IMG/VR virus record: IMGVR_UViG_3300049731_000177 | Span: 1-40,092 of that record | Length of the DNA stretch: 40,092 bases | Reading direction: 5' to 3' (one strand) | Source: a virus | Taxonomy: Duplodnaviria; Caudoviricetes | Translations under genes and position numbers: made by a program | Notes under the pieces: model-generated | Databases searched by the model: none | Seen by the model: the letters and a program-made list of their open reading frames with translations, nothing else | What the model was told of the DNA's origin: nothing | Shown here: piece by piece, positions 25,959 to 34,494 of the stretch | Layout of the letters: each line of letters opens with the position of its first letter | Numbering within the stretch: position 1 is the stretch's first letter

Positions 25959-26563
25959 GGAACGATCTCGACCGCCGTCAGATCCTCGACCGAGATGATG
26001 TCCATCTGCGGCTGGTAATCGACGATCGACTGGAAGCGGTCGCCGTCGAAGCGCACCGGCACGTAGAACTCGAACGAGGCGGTGATCAGCGCGCCGTTGG
26101 CTGGCGCCGAGACGAAGGTGACCATCCCGGTCGAGGATACCGTGTAATGGGTGGTCGGCGTCTGCGCCACGCCGTCGACATAGACGGTGAGGGTGCCGGA
26201 CTTGATGTGGCGGATGATGCGCTGATAGGGATTGGATCCGGCGCTGTAGGTCTTGATCAGCTGGAAGGTGGTCAGTGCGCCGGTGCCGACGCCGGTCGGC
26301 TCGGCGCTGGCCGAATAATCGGCATGGTCCTTCAACAGCCAGGACTTGAAATCGCCGCGGCGGTCGAACCAGAATTCTTTCAGTGACGCATGGATGTCGC
26401 GCGAGGTGTTCTGGTAGTTCCAAGTATAGACATGGATCGCCACGTCGCGGTTCTGCATGCGGCGTTCCTGGCCGTTCACCATCACCAGCTTGTCAGTCGA
26501 AAAGGTTGGTCCGCCCCGAAAACCGAGCGACACCCGTTCGTCGAGGACGATGCTATCGACCAT
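25955..26563 (-). CDS. DUF2460 distal tail protein (GTA g12-like)
   Basis: GGPTFST...NGQE.R...FQLIKTY...FEFYVPVRFD.D. Confidence 0.9.
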   Translation of the reverse strand: MVDSIVLDERVSLGFRGGPTFSTDKLVMVNGQERRMQNRDVAIHVYTWNYQNTSRDIHASLKEFWFDRRGDFKSWLLKDHADYSASAEPTGVGTGALTTFQLIKTYSAGSNPYQRIIRHIKSGTLTVYVDGVAQTPTTHYTVSSTGMVTFVSAPANGALITASFEFYVPVRFDGDRFQSIVDYQPQMDIISVEDLTAVEIVP

Positions 26564-28307
26564 GGTAGGCCCTCAGCGCGGCCTCGGTGCCGGCCGATGC
26601 GGCCTGCTTGATCTCGGCCGCCGACTGCGCCGACAGCCTGGTGCCCTCCATGACCGGCTTGACCATGATCGAGACATTGACGGTGCCCGCCGCCTCGCCG
26701 GTCTCGGCGATCGGCTGCGAGGTGGCGGCCGGCGTCATGGTGTCGAGCGGGATGTTGAGCGGATAGACCTTGTACGAATAGCGGCGGCCCGCCCAGCTGT
26801 CGGAACTGCGGCCAGGTTCGCTGCCGCCGAGACCGGAAAACCGGAAGTTCGGGTCGACGTTGATCTTCGCCGCCTCCACCACCCGGTGACCGAGCGCGGC
26901 AATGGCGTCATTGAGATTGGCGAAATTGAAGCTCTGGGCGCTTGAGAGGTTGCCAATATAGCCGCCAATGTTGGAGTCCAGCCGCTCGACCTGGCGGCGC
27001 ACGTCGCGCGTCGCGCCAGTGCCGCCGTCGATGGCGGCCTCGATCTTGTCCAGCGCGTCCGGATCGATCCCTGCGCCTTGCTGCTCGACGCCATGCCAGA
27101 CGCGCGGCAAACCTCCGCCACCGCCACCGCCGCCGCCGCCACCACCACCACCAAACATGTCCCTTGAAGCAGCTTCTCCGGCGCGGAAGGCCTGGAACAA
27201 AGCCATCTGCTCCTCGGTGGCGCCACGGGCTAAGCGGATCGTATTCACCAATTCACGGTTAAGTTCCGCAGCCTTCTCGCGTTCCCGCTCGAACCGAAGC
27301 GCCAAGACCGGATCGTTCGCGTGCTCGGCCAGTTTATCGAGCAGCTCATTCTGTTCCTTGATCTCGGTATTGAGCCGCGTGATTGCCTCGGCTGTCGATT
27401 CCTCCGCGCCCTTGAAGCTCTTCATGACGTCTTCGACGATCTGGGTCGGGGTCTTCTGCAGGAATTTATAAAATTCGGAATTGGTGAATTGCTCGATCTC
27501 CTGCATGAAGCCCGACAGCGCTTCCGCCGCCTTGATCAGTCCCTGACCGATCAACGGCCCCATCTTCACAAGCTCCTTGCTAAGCTTGATGCCGACGATC
27601 TCCGTTATGGCCGCCAGTTCCTTTTTAAGACCATCGGCCCGCTTGATGTCATCTTCAGTGACAATGATGCCGAGTTTTCTGGCTGTCGCCGCGAATTCGT
27701 CAAGCGAAGCACGGCCGCCTTCCAGCACTTGAATCATTTTATCGCCATGCTCGCCAAATGCCGCCGCCGACAGCGCTGCTTTCTGGGTGGCATCGGACGT
27801 CCGGCTCATGGCGTCGGCGACCAGCTTCAGCCGCTCTTCCTGGTCACCGGCAGTGAGCACGGCTTTCAGCAGTTCGGGATTGAGCTTCAGCAGTCCGGAA
27901 AAGAGCTGGCCGGTTCCCTCTCTGGCTTTGCCGACGTTCTTTGCGAAAGTCTCCAGTCCTGAGCTGAGCGACTCTGTGTCCGTGCCGGCCTGCTTGGCGC
28001 CATGCGATAGCCCCTGGAAGAAATCGGTGCCCAATCCGGCGGCCTTGGCCCGATCGCCGATTTCACTGAGCCTGGACAGTGACTTTGTGTATGCATCGAT
28101 CGCTCCGGACACCGAAAACAGTTGCGAGACCAAGCCGCCGGCAATGCCGCCGACAAATCCCTGCATGATGCCGCCGATGCCCTTGACGGCCTTCGACATC
28201 CGCGCCGATTGCCGTTCAACGGTGGTGGCCGCCGACTTGAAGCCGTTGGCGAATTTCACCGTATTGGTGGAAAGGTCGATCGAGATCGAGCCGACGGTAG
28301 CGACCAT
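26553..28307 (-). CDS. Tape measure protein (short, 584 aa)
   Basis: Position after the chaperones; ATVGSISIDL N-terminus; helical Ala/Lys/Glu-rich body; internal Gly12 run. Confidence 0.85.
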   Translation of the reverse strand: MVATVGSISIDLSTNTVKFANGFKSAATTVERQSARMSKAVKGIGGIMQGFVGGIAGGLVSQLFSVSGAIDAYTKSLSRLSEIGDRAKAAGLGTDFFQGLSHGAKQAGTDTESLSSGLETFAKNVGKAREGTGQLFSGLLKLNPELLKAVLTAGDQEERLKLVADAMSRTSDATQKAALSAAAFGEHGDKMIQVLEGGRASLDEFAATARKLGIIVTEDDIKRADGLKKELAAITEIVGIKLSKELVKMGPLIGQGLIKAAEALSGFMQEIEQFTNSEFYKFLQKTPTQIVEDVMKSFKGAEESTAEAITRLNTEIKEQNELLDKLAEHANDPVLALRFEREREKAAELNRELVNTIRLARGATEEQMALFQAFRAGEAASRDMFGGGGGGGGGGGGGGLPRVWHGVEQQGAGIDPDALDKIEAAIDGGTGATRDVRRQVERLDSNIGGYIGNLSSAQSFNFANLNDAIAALGHRVVEAAKINVDPNFRFSGLGGSEPGRSSDSWAGRRYSYKVYPLNIPLDTMTPAATSQPIAETGEAAGTVNVSIMVKPVMEGTRLSAQSAAEIKQAASAGTEAALRAYHGR

Positions 28308-28604
28308 CTAATGCATCACCTTCGAAATCAGTTGCGCCATGCGATATTGCTGGTCCAGCGTCTGCCGTTTGCTCACCGGCCGGCGACGGAAGATCGCCTC
28401 TTCGGTCTTCGGAAAATGCCGGTGCCCGACGCGGCTGAAATACGCAGTGCGCCAGGCCAGCCGGTAACTGTCCTCATGCACCACGGTGAACGCCGCGATC
28501 ACCTGGTGTGCGGTCATCGCCCAGAACTCGCTCAACGGAATCCCGGCACGAAAGGCGAGGCTCATCAGCCACCCGGTAAGGCTTTCGTGCCCGTCGTAGG
28601 GTTT
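28308..28604 (-). CDS. Tail assembly chaperone T (C-terminal extension reached by -1 frameshift)
   Basis: AGIPLSEFWAMT..., LAW.TA..SR motif; in the -1 frame relative to the upstream gene. Confidence 0.75.
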   Translation of the reverse strand, partial: KPYDGHESLTGWLMSLAFRAGIPLSEFWAMTAHQVIAAFTVVHEDSYRLAWRTAYFSRVGHRHFPKTEEAIFRRRPVSKRQTLDQQYRMAQLISKVMH

Positions 28605-28957
28605 TTGCTGTTGCCCGGCGATCGGTCGGCTGCCATGTCGTCGACCCACGCCTGGTGGCTCTTGCCGTAGTGGAACAGCGCCAGGCAATCGAGGCAATGG
28701 GTGGCGATCGGCGCGATCGGCGTCGGCAGTTCCGGCACCTCTTTCAGCCGCTCGCCGTCCTTGCGCAGCGCCACTTTGAGGAACGGCACCAGGTAGGTGG
28801 CCGACAGCACCGCCAGCCCGTTGCGCACCTTCCAGGCGAAATCGATATCGCCGAACTGGCTTTCCAGTTCCGCCTGGCCGCGCATGTCGAGCCTCAGCGT
28901 AAAGCCGTCGCCGAATTCCGGCGCTTCCACCTCGCCGTTGAAGCGGTTGGCCGTCAT
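28565..28957 (-). CDS. Tail assembly chaperone G (GTA gp10-like)
   Basis: MTANRFNGEV...LRLD...AELE; lies between the tail tube and TMP. Confidence 0.8.
   Translation of the reverse strand: MTANRFNGEVEAPEFGDGFTLRLDMRGQAELESQFGDIDFAWKVRNGLAVLSATYLVPFLKVALRKDGERLKEVPELPTPIAPIATHCLDCLALFHYGKSHQAWVDDMAADRSPGNSKNPTTGTKALPGG
28598..28604 (-). other. -1 ribosomal slippery site A-AAC-CCT
   Basis: X XXY YYZ heptamer in frame near the end of the chaperone gene (AAA AAC CCT to AAA CCC). Confidence 0.7.
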
Positions 28958-29418
28958 GTGGTGCCCCAGGTCGGTGACGAGGACATGGAGACGGTGCCGG
29001 AACCGGTCACCATGCCTTCCGACACCGACACCGAATGCGCAGTGACGACACCGGAGAACGAGCAGACGCCCTCGGTGGTCGGCGCGCCGACGCCGCCATT
29101 GTCGGCCCCGGTGAAATCCAGCTTGAAGTTTTTCGGCTCGCCGGAATCATAGGCGGCGAGCATGCCGTCGGTGTCGTCATGGGTGGGGTTGTCGGGATCG
29201 AAATGATACTCCCAATCGACCGAGGCTGACTTGAAGCCCTGCTTGTATTCCCGGTAGCCGCTGGTCGACAGCAGGTGGGTGGCGTCGACCTGGTCGGCCT
29301 CGGTGTTGAGGTTGATCGAGGTGACGTTGGCGACCGAGTTGAACACTTCGGTCGGTGTGGCGCCATCGCCGATCTTGAGCGTGGCGCCGATGCCGGTAAA
29401 GCCGGTGGTCTGAGGCAT
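28954..29418 (-). CDS. Major tail tube protein
   Basis: GIGATLKIGDGATPTEVF...VDATHL.S..GYREY..G. Confidence 0.88.
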   Translation of the reverse strand: MPQTTGFTGIGATLKIGDGATPTEVFNSVANVTSINLNTEADQVDATHLLSTSGYREYKQGFKSASVDWEYHFDPDNPTHDDTDGMLAAYDSGEPKNFKLDFTGADNGGVGAPTTEGVCSFSGVVTAHSVSVSEGMVTGSGTVSMSSSPTWGTT

Positions 29419-29434
29419 TTTTTTTACTCCCAGG

Positions 29435-29839
29435 TTATGCGCTGCTGCGCCAGCGCAGGGTGAACGCCATCACGCGGCGGTGCGTGGTGAGGTCGTCGGA
29501 ATAATCGGTGAAATCGACGGAGTCCTTCTGGAAGCTCGCATGAACCGGCTGCGCGTCGGCCGATACGTAATGCAGGTCGCGCAGATGGTCGCGCACCGCC
29601 TCGCCGAGATCGATGGCGGCGCTGGCCTTGGCGGCGATGCAGTGCACCTGCACCGAGGTTTCGGGATAGACGGTAGCGCCCTGCAGTAGGACTTCCTCGT
29701 CCTCGGCCGACATCGCCACCGCAATTGCCGGCAGCGTGGTGGTCGGCGGCAGCGGCAGCGGATAGATCCGATTCGCCACCAGCCCGGTCACCGGCGACGG
29801 CACCAGCAGCGCCTTGATGGTCAGCGACACGCCGCTCAT
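29435..29839 (-). CDS. Tail terminator (DUF3168-like)
   Basis: LVANRIYP..LP....LPAI...VQVHC. Confidence 0.8.
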   Translation of the reverse strand: MSGVSLTIKALLVPSPVTGLVANRIYPLPLPPTTTLPAIAVAMSAEDEEVLLQGATVYPETSVQVHCIAAKASAAIDLGEAVRDHLRDLHYVSADAQPVHASFQKDSVDFTDYSDDLTTHRRVMAFTLRWRSSA

Positions 29840-30171
29840 TCGACCAGCCTCGCCTCGATCATCAGACCCTGCCGGCGGCCCAGCTCGCGCGGCCGTCCGA
29901 TGATCTCGTAAGTGTCGCCGTCATAGATGATGCGGTGCTCGGCATCGACGTCAGGGCGCCAGCGGATGGTGAAAAACAGCCCCATCTGCGCATATTCGCG
30001 CGCCACCGCTTCGGCCTCGAACGAGCGGTGGAAGTCCATCTTCGCCCACACGGTGGCATAGGTCGCCCAGGTCAGCACCTCCTCGTTGTAGTCGGGATCA
30101 TTGACGACGGTGGCCGCCTGCAGCTCGATGCGCCGGTCAAGCTGCCCGGCCGCCATCGCGATGACAGTCAT
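29836..30171 (-). CDS. Head closure / head-tail adaptor (SPP1 gp16-like)
   Basis: AGQLDRRIELQ...W..YATVWA...FTIRWR...RIIYDG..YEI. Confidence 0.9.
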   Translation of the reverse strand: MTVIAMAAGQLDRRIELQAATVVNDPDYNEEVLTWATYATVWAKMDFHRSFEAEAVAREYAQMGLFFTIRWRPDVDAEHRIIYDGDTYEIIGRPRELGRRQGLMIEARLVE

Positions 30172-30693
30172 CTACTTGGTCACTTTCCTGCCCAGTTTGG
30201 CCGCACGCTTTTCCATTTCCGGGCCGATTCTTCCGCCGAACCGTTTCACCACCTCGTCGCGGGTGGAGAAATAGGCCGGTGCCAGGAATGGCTGCGGCCG
30301 GGTGCCGGGATGGAAGCGGTTGCCGATCATGTGCCCTGCGGTGCCGAACTCCACCAGGTGAGCATATTTCACCGGCTTGCGTTTGCCGAACCGGGTTTCC
30401 CGCTCGATACCGGCGTCGGGACCGACGCGGTGCATCGGGTTGACCTTCGAGGAACGCGGGTTGCGCTTGATGGTGAGCGAGCGCGCCAGCGTCCCGGTGG
30501 TTTCCTTGAGCGGCAGCCGCAAGACATTCTGCCTGGCTGCTTTGAGCGTCGGCTGCAGGGCAAAGCGCGACGAGGCGTTGAGCGGCACCGATACCTGTTT
30601 TGCCAGGGCGCGCAGATTGGCGCTGGTCTGCCGGGCACCGCTGACCTTACCGGTGATCACGTTTTTGCTGCTCGCAATTTTTGGGAATGGCAC
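30172..30693 (-). CDS. HK97 gp10-family tail completion protein
   Basis: TGTLARS...YAHLVEFGT...HPGTRPQPFL.PA. Start uncertain (GTG 30693 or downstream). Confidence 0.85.
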   Translation of the reverse strand: MPFPKIASSKNVITGKVSGARQTSANLRALAKQVSVPLNASSRFALQPTLKAARQNVLRLPLKETTGTLARSLTIKRNPRSSKVNPMHRVGPDAGIERETRFGKRKPVKYAHLVEFGTAGHMIGNRFHPGTRPQPFLAPAYFSTRDEVVKRFGGRIGPEMEKRAAKLGRKVTK

Positions 30694-30718
30694 AGCATAC
30701 GCCGAAGCGTGCGCAGGC

Positions 30719-31183
30719 TCAATGCTTCCAGGAGGCCGCCAGCGCAGCAAGATGGATTTTCAGTATGTCGTGCGCCGTGTCCCGCTGGCGCCGGGTTCGA
30801 TAGATATCGCGGATATGCTCGCCATCGCCGCAGACGCGGCCGACCAGCATATAGCCATGTGCACCGAGCAATTGCCGGCAGAAACGCAGATCCGCCGCCG
30901 CCTGCAGCCGATGTTCGGCCATGCCGGCCGGGCGGCGGCTGATATCCACCCGCTCGCCAAAATCCGCCGAAGCGCTGCCGATGCCGCCGACCGTCTCCCA
31001 GGCATGGCGAAAGCGGATCGCCGCCTGCACCTGGGCAAGGTCGATTATGCCATGCGCAGCCAGCGTCGAGACCGAGGATTCGCGCAGGTTGACCACTGCC
31101 GTCACTTGCCGCGGATTGGTCCCGCCCTCCGGATGGCTGGCCGAGTAATACGGGTTGTCGACCGTGGTCAGCGCCGTTTTCAT
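30719..31183 (-). CDS. DUF6456-like putative late transcription regulator/antiterminator
   Basis: Start ATG 31183 (ATGA). VDNPYY...VNLRES....LAA.G.ID.AQ..AA.RFR...VD...VCGDG...L..LA..W. Confidence 0.65.
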   Translation of the reverse strand: MKTALTTVDNPYYSASHPEGGTNPRQVTAVVNLRESSVSTLAAHGIIDLAQVQAAIRFRHAWETVGGIGSASADFGERVDISRRPAGMAEHRLQAAADLRFCRQLLGAHGYMLVGRVCGDGEHIRDIYRTRRQRDTAHDILKIHLAALAASWKH

Positions 31184-31722
31184 GCACGCGGCACCCACAA
31201 GCCAGACATCAGATCGCTCATCCACGACGGCATCTGGTCGAGATCGAGCGCTGTCACCGATTCGCGGTATTCGTAGAGCATGCCGGCGACGCGCAGGATG
31301 CCGGCCCGCATCGGCGGCGGCAGGCTGGCCATATCGGCATAGCCGGCAGTGAGCGTTATCGCGGCATCGGCCGCGAATGCGGTGCCATCCGAATGCACCA
31401 GCCATACTGGCTCGGTCAGGCTGGCGCTTTCCAGCGCATATTCCGACGAGACGTCGACTGCATCCACCACCACCGTGAATGCCGATACCGGCTGCAACGG
31501 ACACTGGTAGCTTGCGGCGCCGGTTGCCAGATCCGGCTGCCAGTCGACTGCAGCCGAAAAGATGGACAGCCCCCAGACGTGCTCGAGCAGCCCGATCGAC
31601 TGCGCCAGCTTGTCGGTAATTAGTGCATCCTCCACCGAGTGATCGACGCGCAAATGCTGCTTGGCCATGTCCAGCAGCGCCGCCGGCAGCGTGATCCAGT
31701 CAGGAGTCGCGGTATAGCTCAT
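31180..31722 (-). CDS. Head-tail connector (gp6-like)
   Basis: AKQHLRVDH..ED.LI...AGY...LPP....IL......YEYRE. Confidence 0.88.
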   Translation of the reverse strand: MSYTATPDWITLPAALLDMAKQHLRVDHSVEDALITDKLAQSIGLLEHVWGLSIFSAAVDWQPDLATGAASYQCPLQPVSAFTVVVDAVDVSSEYALESASLTEPVWLVHSDGTAFAADAAITLTAGYADMASLPPPMRAGILRVAGMLYEYRESVTALDLDQMPSWMSDLMSGLWVPRA

Positions 31723-32627
31723 TCGCCGCGCTCCTGGTCGTATCGTTCGAACATGGGTCTGAGGTCAACGATGGTTTCGCGGCCGTCGGTCAGCCGCAAC
31801 ACCAACGACCAGTCACGACAGGCAATGCCGGTAATGCCAGCGCCGGCCTCGCCGCGCTCGCCTCTCGGGCCGCGCTCACCGGAACGCCCCTGGCTGCCGG
31901 CGCGTGCCGCCAGCATCCAGCCGTCGCCGGGCAGTGGCCCAGGATCGTCCGAGCGCGCAATCCATTCCGACCCGTTGAATGACACACGGTCGAGTTTCGC
32001 GTAGGCTTCGTCCGGGTCGTATTTGCCGCGCGCCTCACCGGTGCGACCATCGGGACCACGTGGCCCTTCGGGTCCCGGCTCACCGGCCGGTCCCGGTTCG
32101 CCGTCCTTCAGAGCGGCCAGACGCTCGGTCATATCCTCACACAGCCGGTCATAGCGGCGGCGAGCCGCAAGTAACTGCTCCTGTGCCTCCAGCCGCTCCT
32201 CGCGCAGTTTTTCCAGCGTCTGCACGGCCAGCCGTTCCTCGGCTGCAGCAATCTCGGTGACCAGTTCATCAATGCGCGATTCGGTCTGTTCGCGGAATTC
32301 CATGTAGTCAGCAACACGATTGCTGATCTCTGCTATTACCGGTGGGACGAGGTCAGCACGCTGGGTCAACTCATCCAGTCTGATGCCCAGCGCGGCATCG
32401 GCTTCGCCGCATACTTTGGCAACTTCCTCAACAGCGGCGGCAATATCGCCCTGCAATTTCACCAGAGTTTCGCCGCCGCCCCACCGCATTTCATCGATTG
32501 CCGCCGATATCCGGTCATGCTCGATGTTGATGTTTTCACCGATGGCTGTCGTCAGCCGCTCGCGTTCCTCGGCGAACCGGCGACCGAGATAGCGGCTGAG
32601 ATCGTCAAGCTGCTCTTGAAGTGACAT
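31719..32627 (-). CDS. Portal-adjacent coiled-coil + short collagen + WIA/GW domain protein
   Basis: Likely start ATG 32627 (MSLQEQL). Acidic coiled coil, GEPGPAGEPG, YDPDEAY...V.FNGSEWIA...PG.GW.LAA. Confidence 0.7.
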   Translation of the reverse strand: MSLQEQLDDLSRYLGRRFAEERERLTTAIGENINIEHDRISAAIDEMRWGGGETLVKLQGDIAAAVEEVAKVCGEADAALGIRLDELTQRADLVPPVIAEISNRVADYMEFREQTESRIDELVTEIAAAEERLAVQTLEKLREERLEAQEQLLAARRRYDRLCEDMTERLAALKDGEPGPAGEPGPEGPRGPDGRTGEARGKYDPDEAYAKLDRVSFNGSEWIARSDDPGPLPGDGWMLAARAGSQGRSGERGPRGERGEAGAGITGIACRDWSLVLRLTDGRETIVDLRPMFERYDQERGE

Positions 32628-34110
32628 GCTCGGTCTCGCCCAGTTCGAATGCGCGTTCATCGAATTTTGCCGCCTTTGCCTGCTCCGGTTCCTCTTCCTG
32701 CGCTTCCGGTTTCTCTTCCGCCCCAGCCGCCGGTGGCTGCGCCGGCGGCGCATCGGGCCGTGGCGTTTCCGGCTTCGCCTTGTCCCATGCCGATAGCGGC
32801 ACCACCTGCTGCTGCACCCTTGGCTCGTCGCCGAACGGCGCGTCGGGCAGATCCTCGGCGTTGCGGGCCTCGTTGGGCGCGTAGATGCCGCCCTGAACGC
32901 CGCGTGCCAGCGCCTCAATGCGATCCTTGTAAGCCACGCGAAGCAACGCCGCCGTATCAAACTCCACCCATTCGTCCGGCCATGAGCGCAGCCCAAAGAG
33001 GTGGTCGAACGCCACCTCAATGTGATTGATGGCAAAGCCCAACCCGCGCGCCAGCCAGAACTGCATCAGTGCTTCGGTCGAGGCGAAGCTTGCCTTGTCG
33101 GTCATGCCGAGGATGGCCGGCGGCACGCCGTAGACCATGAAAATCTCGTCCTGGGTCAGCTTGATGGTCGCCGCCACGTCGGCCTCCTGGGCCGTCATCG
33201 AAACGCCCTTGAACTTCATGCCGGGCGGCAGGATCGGTGGACGGCCGGCCAGATTGTCGACGCCATGCCAGGCTTCATTGAAACGCTGCCCGAACTCTTT
33301 CGTTTGTGTGGTGGTCACAGCCACATCGGTCTCAATGACGCCGGCGGGCCGACTCATGTTGCCGAATGTCTTGACCAGCTGGCTGCCAATCGCCCGCTGC
33401 GCCGCTATTGCGCTAGCCGCGTGCCTCACCGGCGGCACGCCCACCAATGGCTCGCCGCGGCAGGCCTCGAGTTTCACGTGCAACACATCGCGGGCCGGCG
33501 CGATGATCGAAGTGCCGGAACGGGTGAGGCCGAGAAAGCGGCTGCGGTCAGCGCTGCCGCCATACTGCCGCTCGATCACGTTGTTGCCGGCCAGCTCATA
33601 GAAAACCTCGCCGCCCGGCGCCACCAGCGGCCGCGACTGCTTCGGATCGAACGGGTGCAGCGCCGCCACCTCAAAACGGTCGTTGCGAACGGCCAGTGCA
33701 TAGGTGTTACCGTCACGATAGAGATCAGCGGCAAGCTTCAGGATGAAGTCCGAGCGTGACTGGTAATCGTTCGGTCGTCGCAGAATTCTGGACAGCGCCG
33801 AATTGGTCACCCGCTCGCGGCCGCCATTGGGCAGCGCCCGCCAGTGGTCGCCTGGGCACATGGCAATGGTCTGCGCATAAGCCGCCACGCAGGCCTCGAC
33901 GATGGCCGAACCGCCGGCAGCCAGCGGGTCGAGATCCATTTGCCAGAAATTCCAGTAGCCCCATTCAGCCGGCAGCCAGCCCTGATTTTCGCCCGTGGTG
34001 ATCAGCCACGGCCCGGCCTTTGGCTGGCCTTCCACGCCCGACGTGCCGCTTTCCAGGCTTTTGCCCGTGAAGCGCTGCAATACCCTGCGAAACGGAGCGG
34101 CAATCGCCAT
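32605..34110 (-). CDS. HK97-family portal protein
   Basis: V.ACV...AQTIA..P, L.RPN..QS..DF, GN.YA, DVLHVK, YGVPP.ILG and PNEAR..E.LP motifs. Confidence 0.92.
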   Translation of the reverse strand: MAIAAPFRRVLQRFTGKSLESGTSGVEGQPKAGPWLITTGENQGWLPAEWGYWNFWQMDLDPLAAGGSAIVEACVAAYAQTIAMCPGDHWRALPNGGRERVTNSALSRILRRPNDYQSRSDFILKLAADLYRDGNTYALAVRNDRFEVAALHPFDPKQSRPLVAPGGEVFYELAGNNVIERQYGGSADRSRFLGLTRSGTSIIAPARDVLHVKLEACRGEPLVGVPPVRHAASAIAAQRAIGSQLVKTFGNMSRPAGVIETDVAVTTTQTKEFGQRFNEAWHGVDNLAGRPPILPPGMKFKGVSMTAQEADVAATIKLTQDEIFMVYGVPPAILGMTDKASFASTEALMQFWLARGLGFAINHIEVAFDHLFGLRSWPDEWVEFDTAALLRVAYKDRIEALARGVQGGIYAPNEARNAEDLPDAPFGDEPRVQQQVVPLSAWDKAKPETPRPDAPPAQPPAAGAEEKPEAQEEEPEQAKAAKFDERAFELGETEHVTSRAA

Positions 34111-34113
34111 CTC

Positions 34114-34431
34114 TCACTTGGACTTCGGCATGGTGGAGCGGGTTTCGTAGTCGCCCGCCGGCTTATCGGCCTCCAGCGACTTGGTTTCCTTCTTCTGCTT
34201 CGGGCTGTCGGCATCTTCCTCGCCGCGCAGTTTGCGACCGGCCTTCGCAGCTGCAACAAGCATCTTGTCGCGATCCTCGTCGGTCATTTCTTTCGGCTCC
34301 ACTGGCTCACCGAACGGATCCCTGGCCCAGCCATCGGCAATCGCCTGCTTGGCCACGTCAGGCGCAACCGTCAGACGTTTGCCGGCATAGTCGCCGTAAA
34401 GGCCTTCAATCACCACATCGTCATCGGGCAT
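34114..34431 (-). CDS. Small head-associated protein
   Basis: 105 aa, AGGAG RBS; A..AIADGWA and YETR tail; directly after the capsid gene. Confidence 0.65.
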   Translation of the reverse strand: MPDDDVVIEGLYGDYAGKRLTVAPDVAKQAIADGWARDPFGEPVEPKEMTDEDRDKMLVAAAKAGRKLRGEEDADSPKQKKETKSLEADKPAGDYETRSTMPKSK

Positions 34432-34445
34432 TTCAATCTCCTGCG

Positions 34446-34482
34446 AAAAAGGCGGGCCGGGAGAGGAGGGAGACGGCCCGCC
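34446..34482 (-). terminator. Rho-independent terminator after the capsid gene
   Basis: Minus strand ggcgggccg-N14-cggcccgcc-TTTTT. Confidence 0.75.
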
Positions 34483-34494
34483 AGGCTGAGGGAA

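Noticed and set aside
25959-26423. Extended 5' ends of track ORFs 25143-26423, 30719-31504, 31719-33035, 3639-4352 and 34495-36549
   Set aside because: Each extension overlaps another well-supported gene or a regulatory gap; downstream ATGA-coupled or RBS-supported starts fit better.
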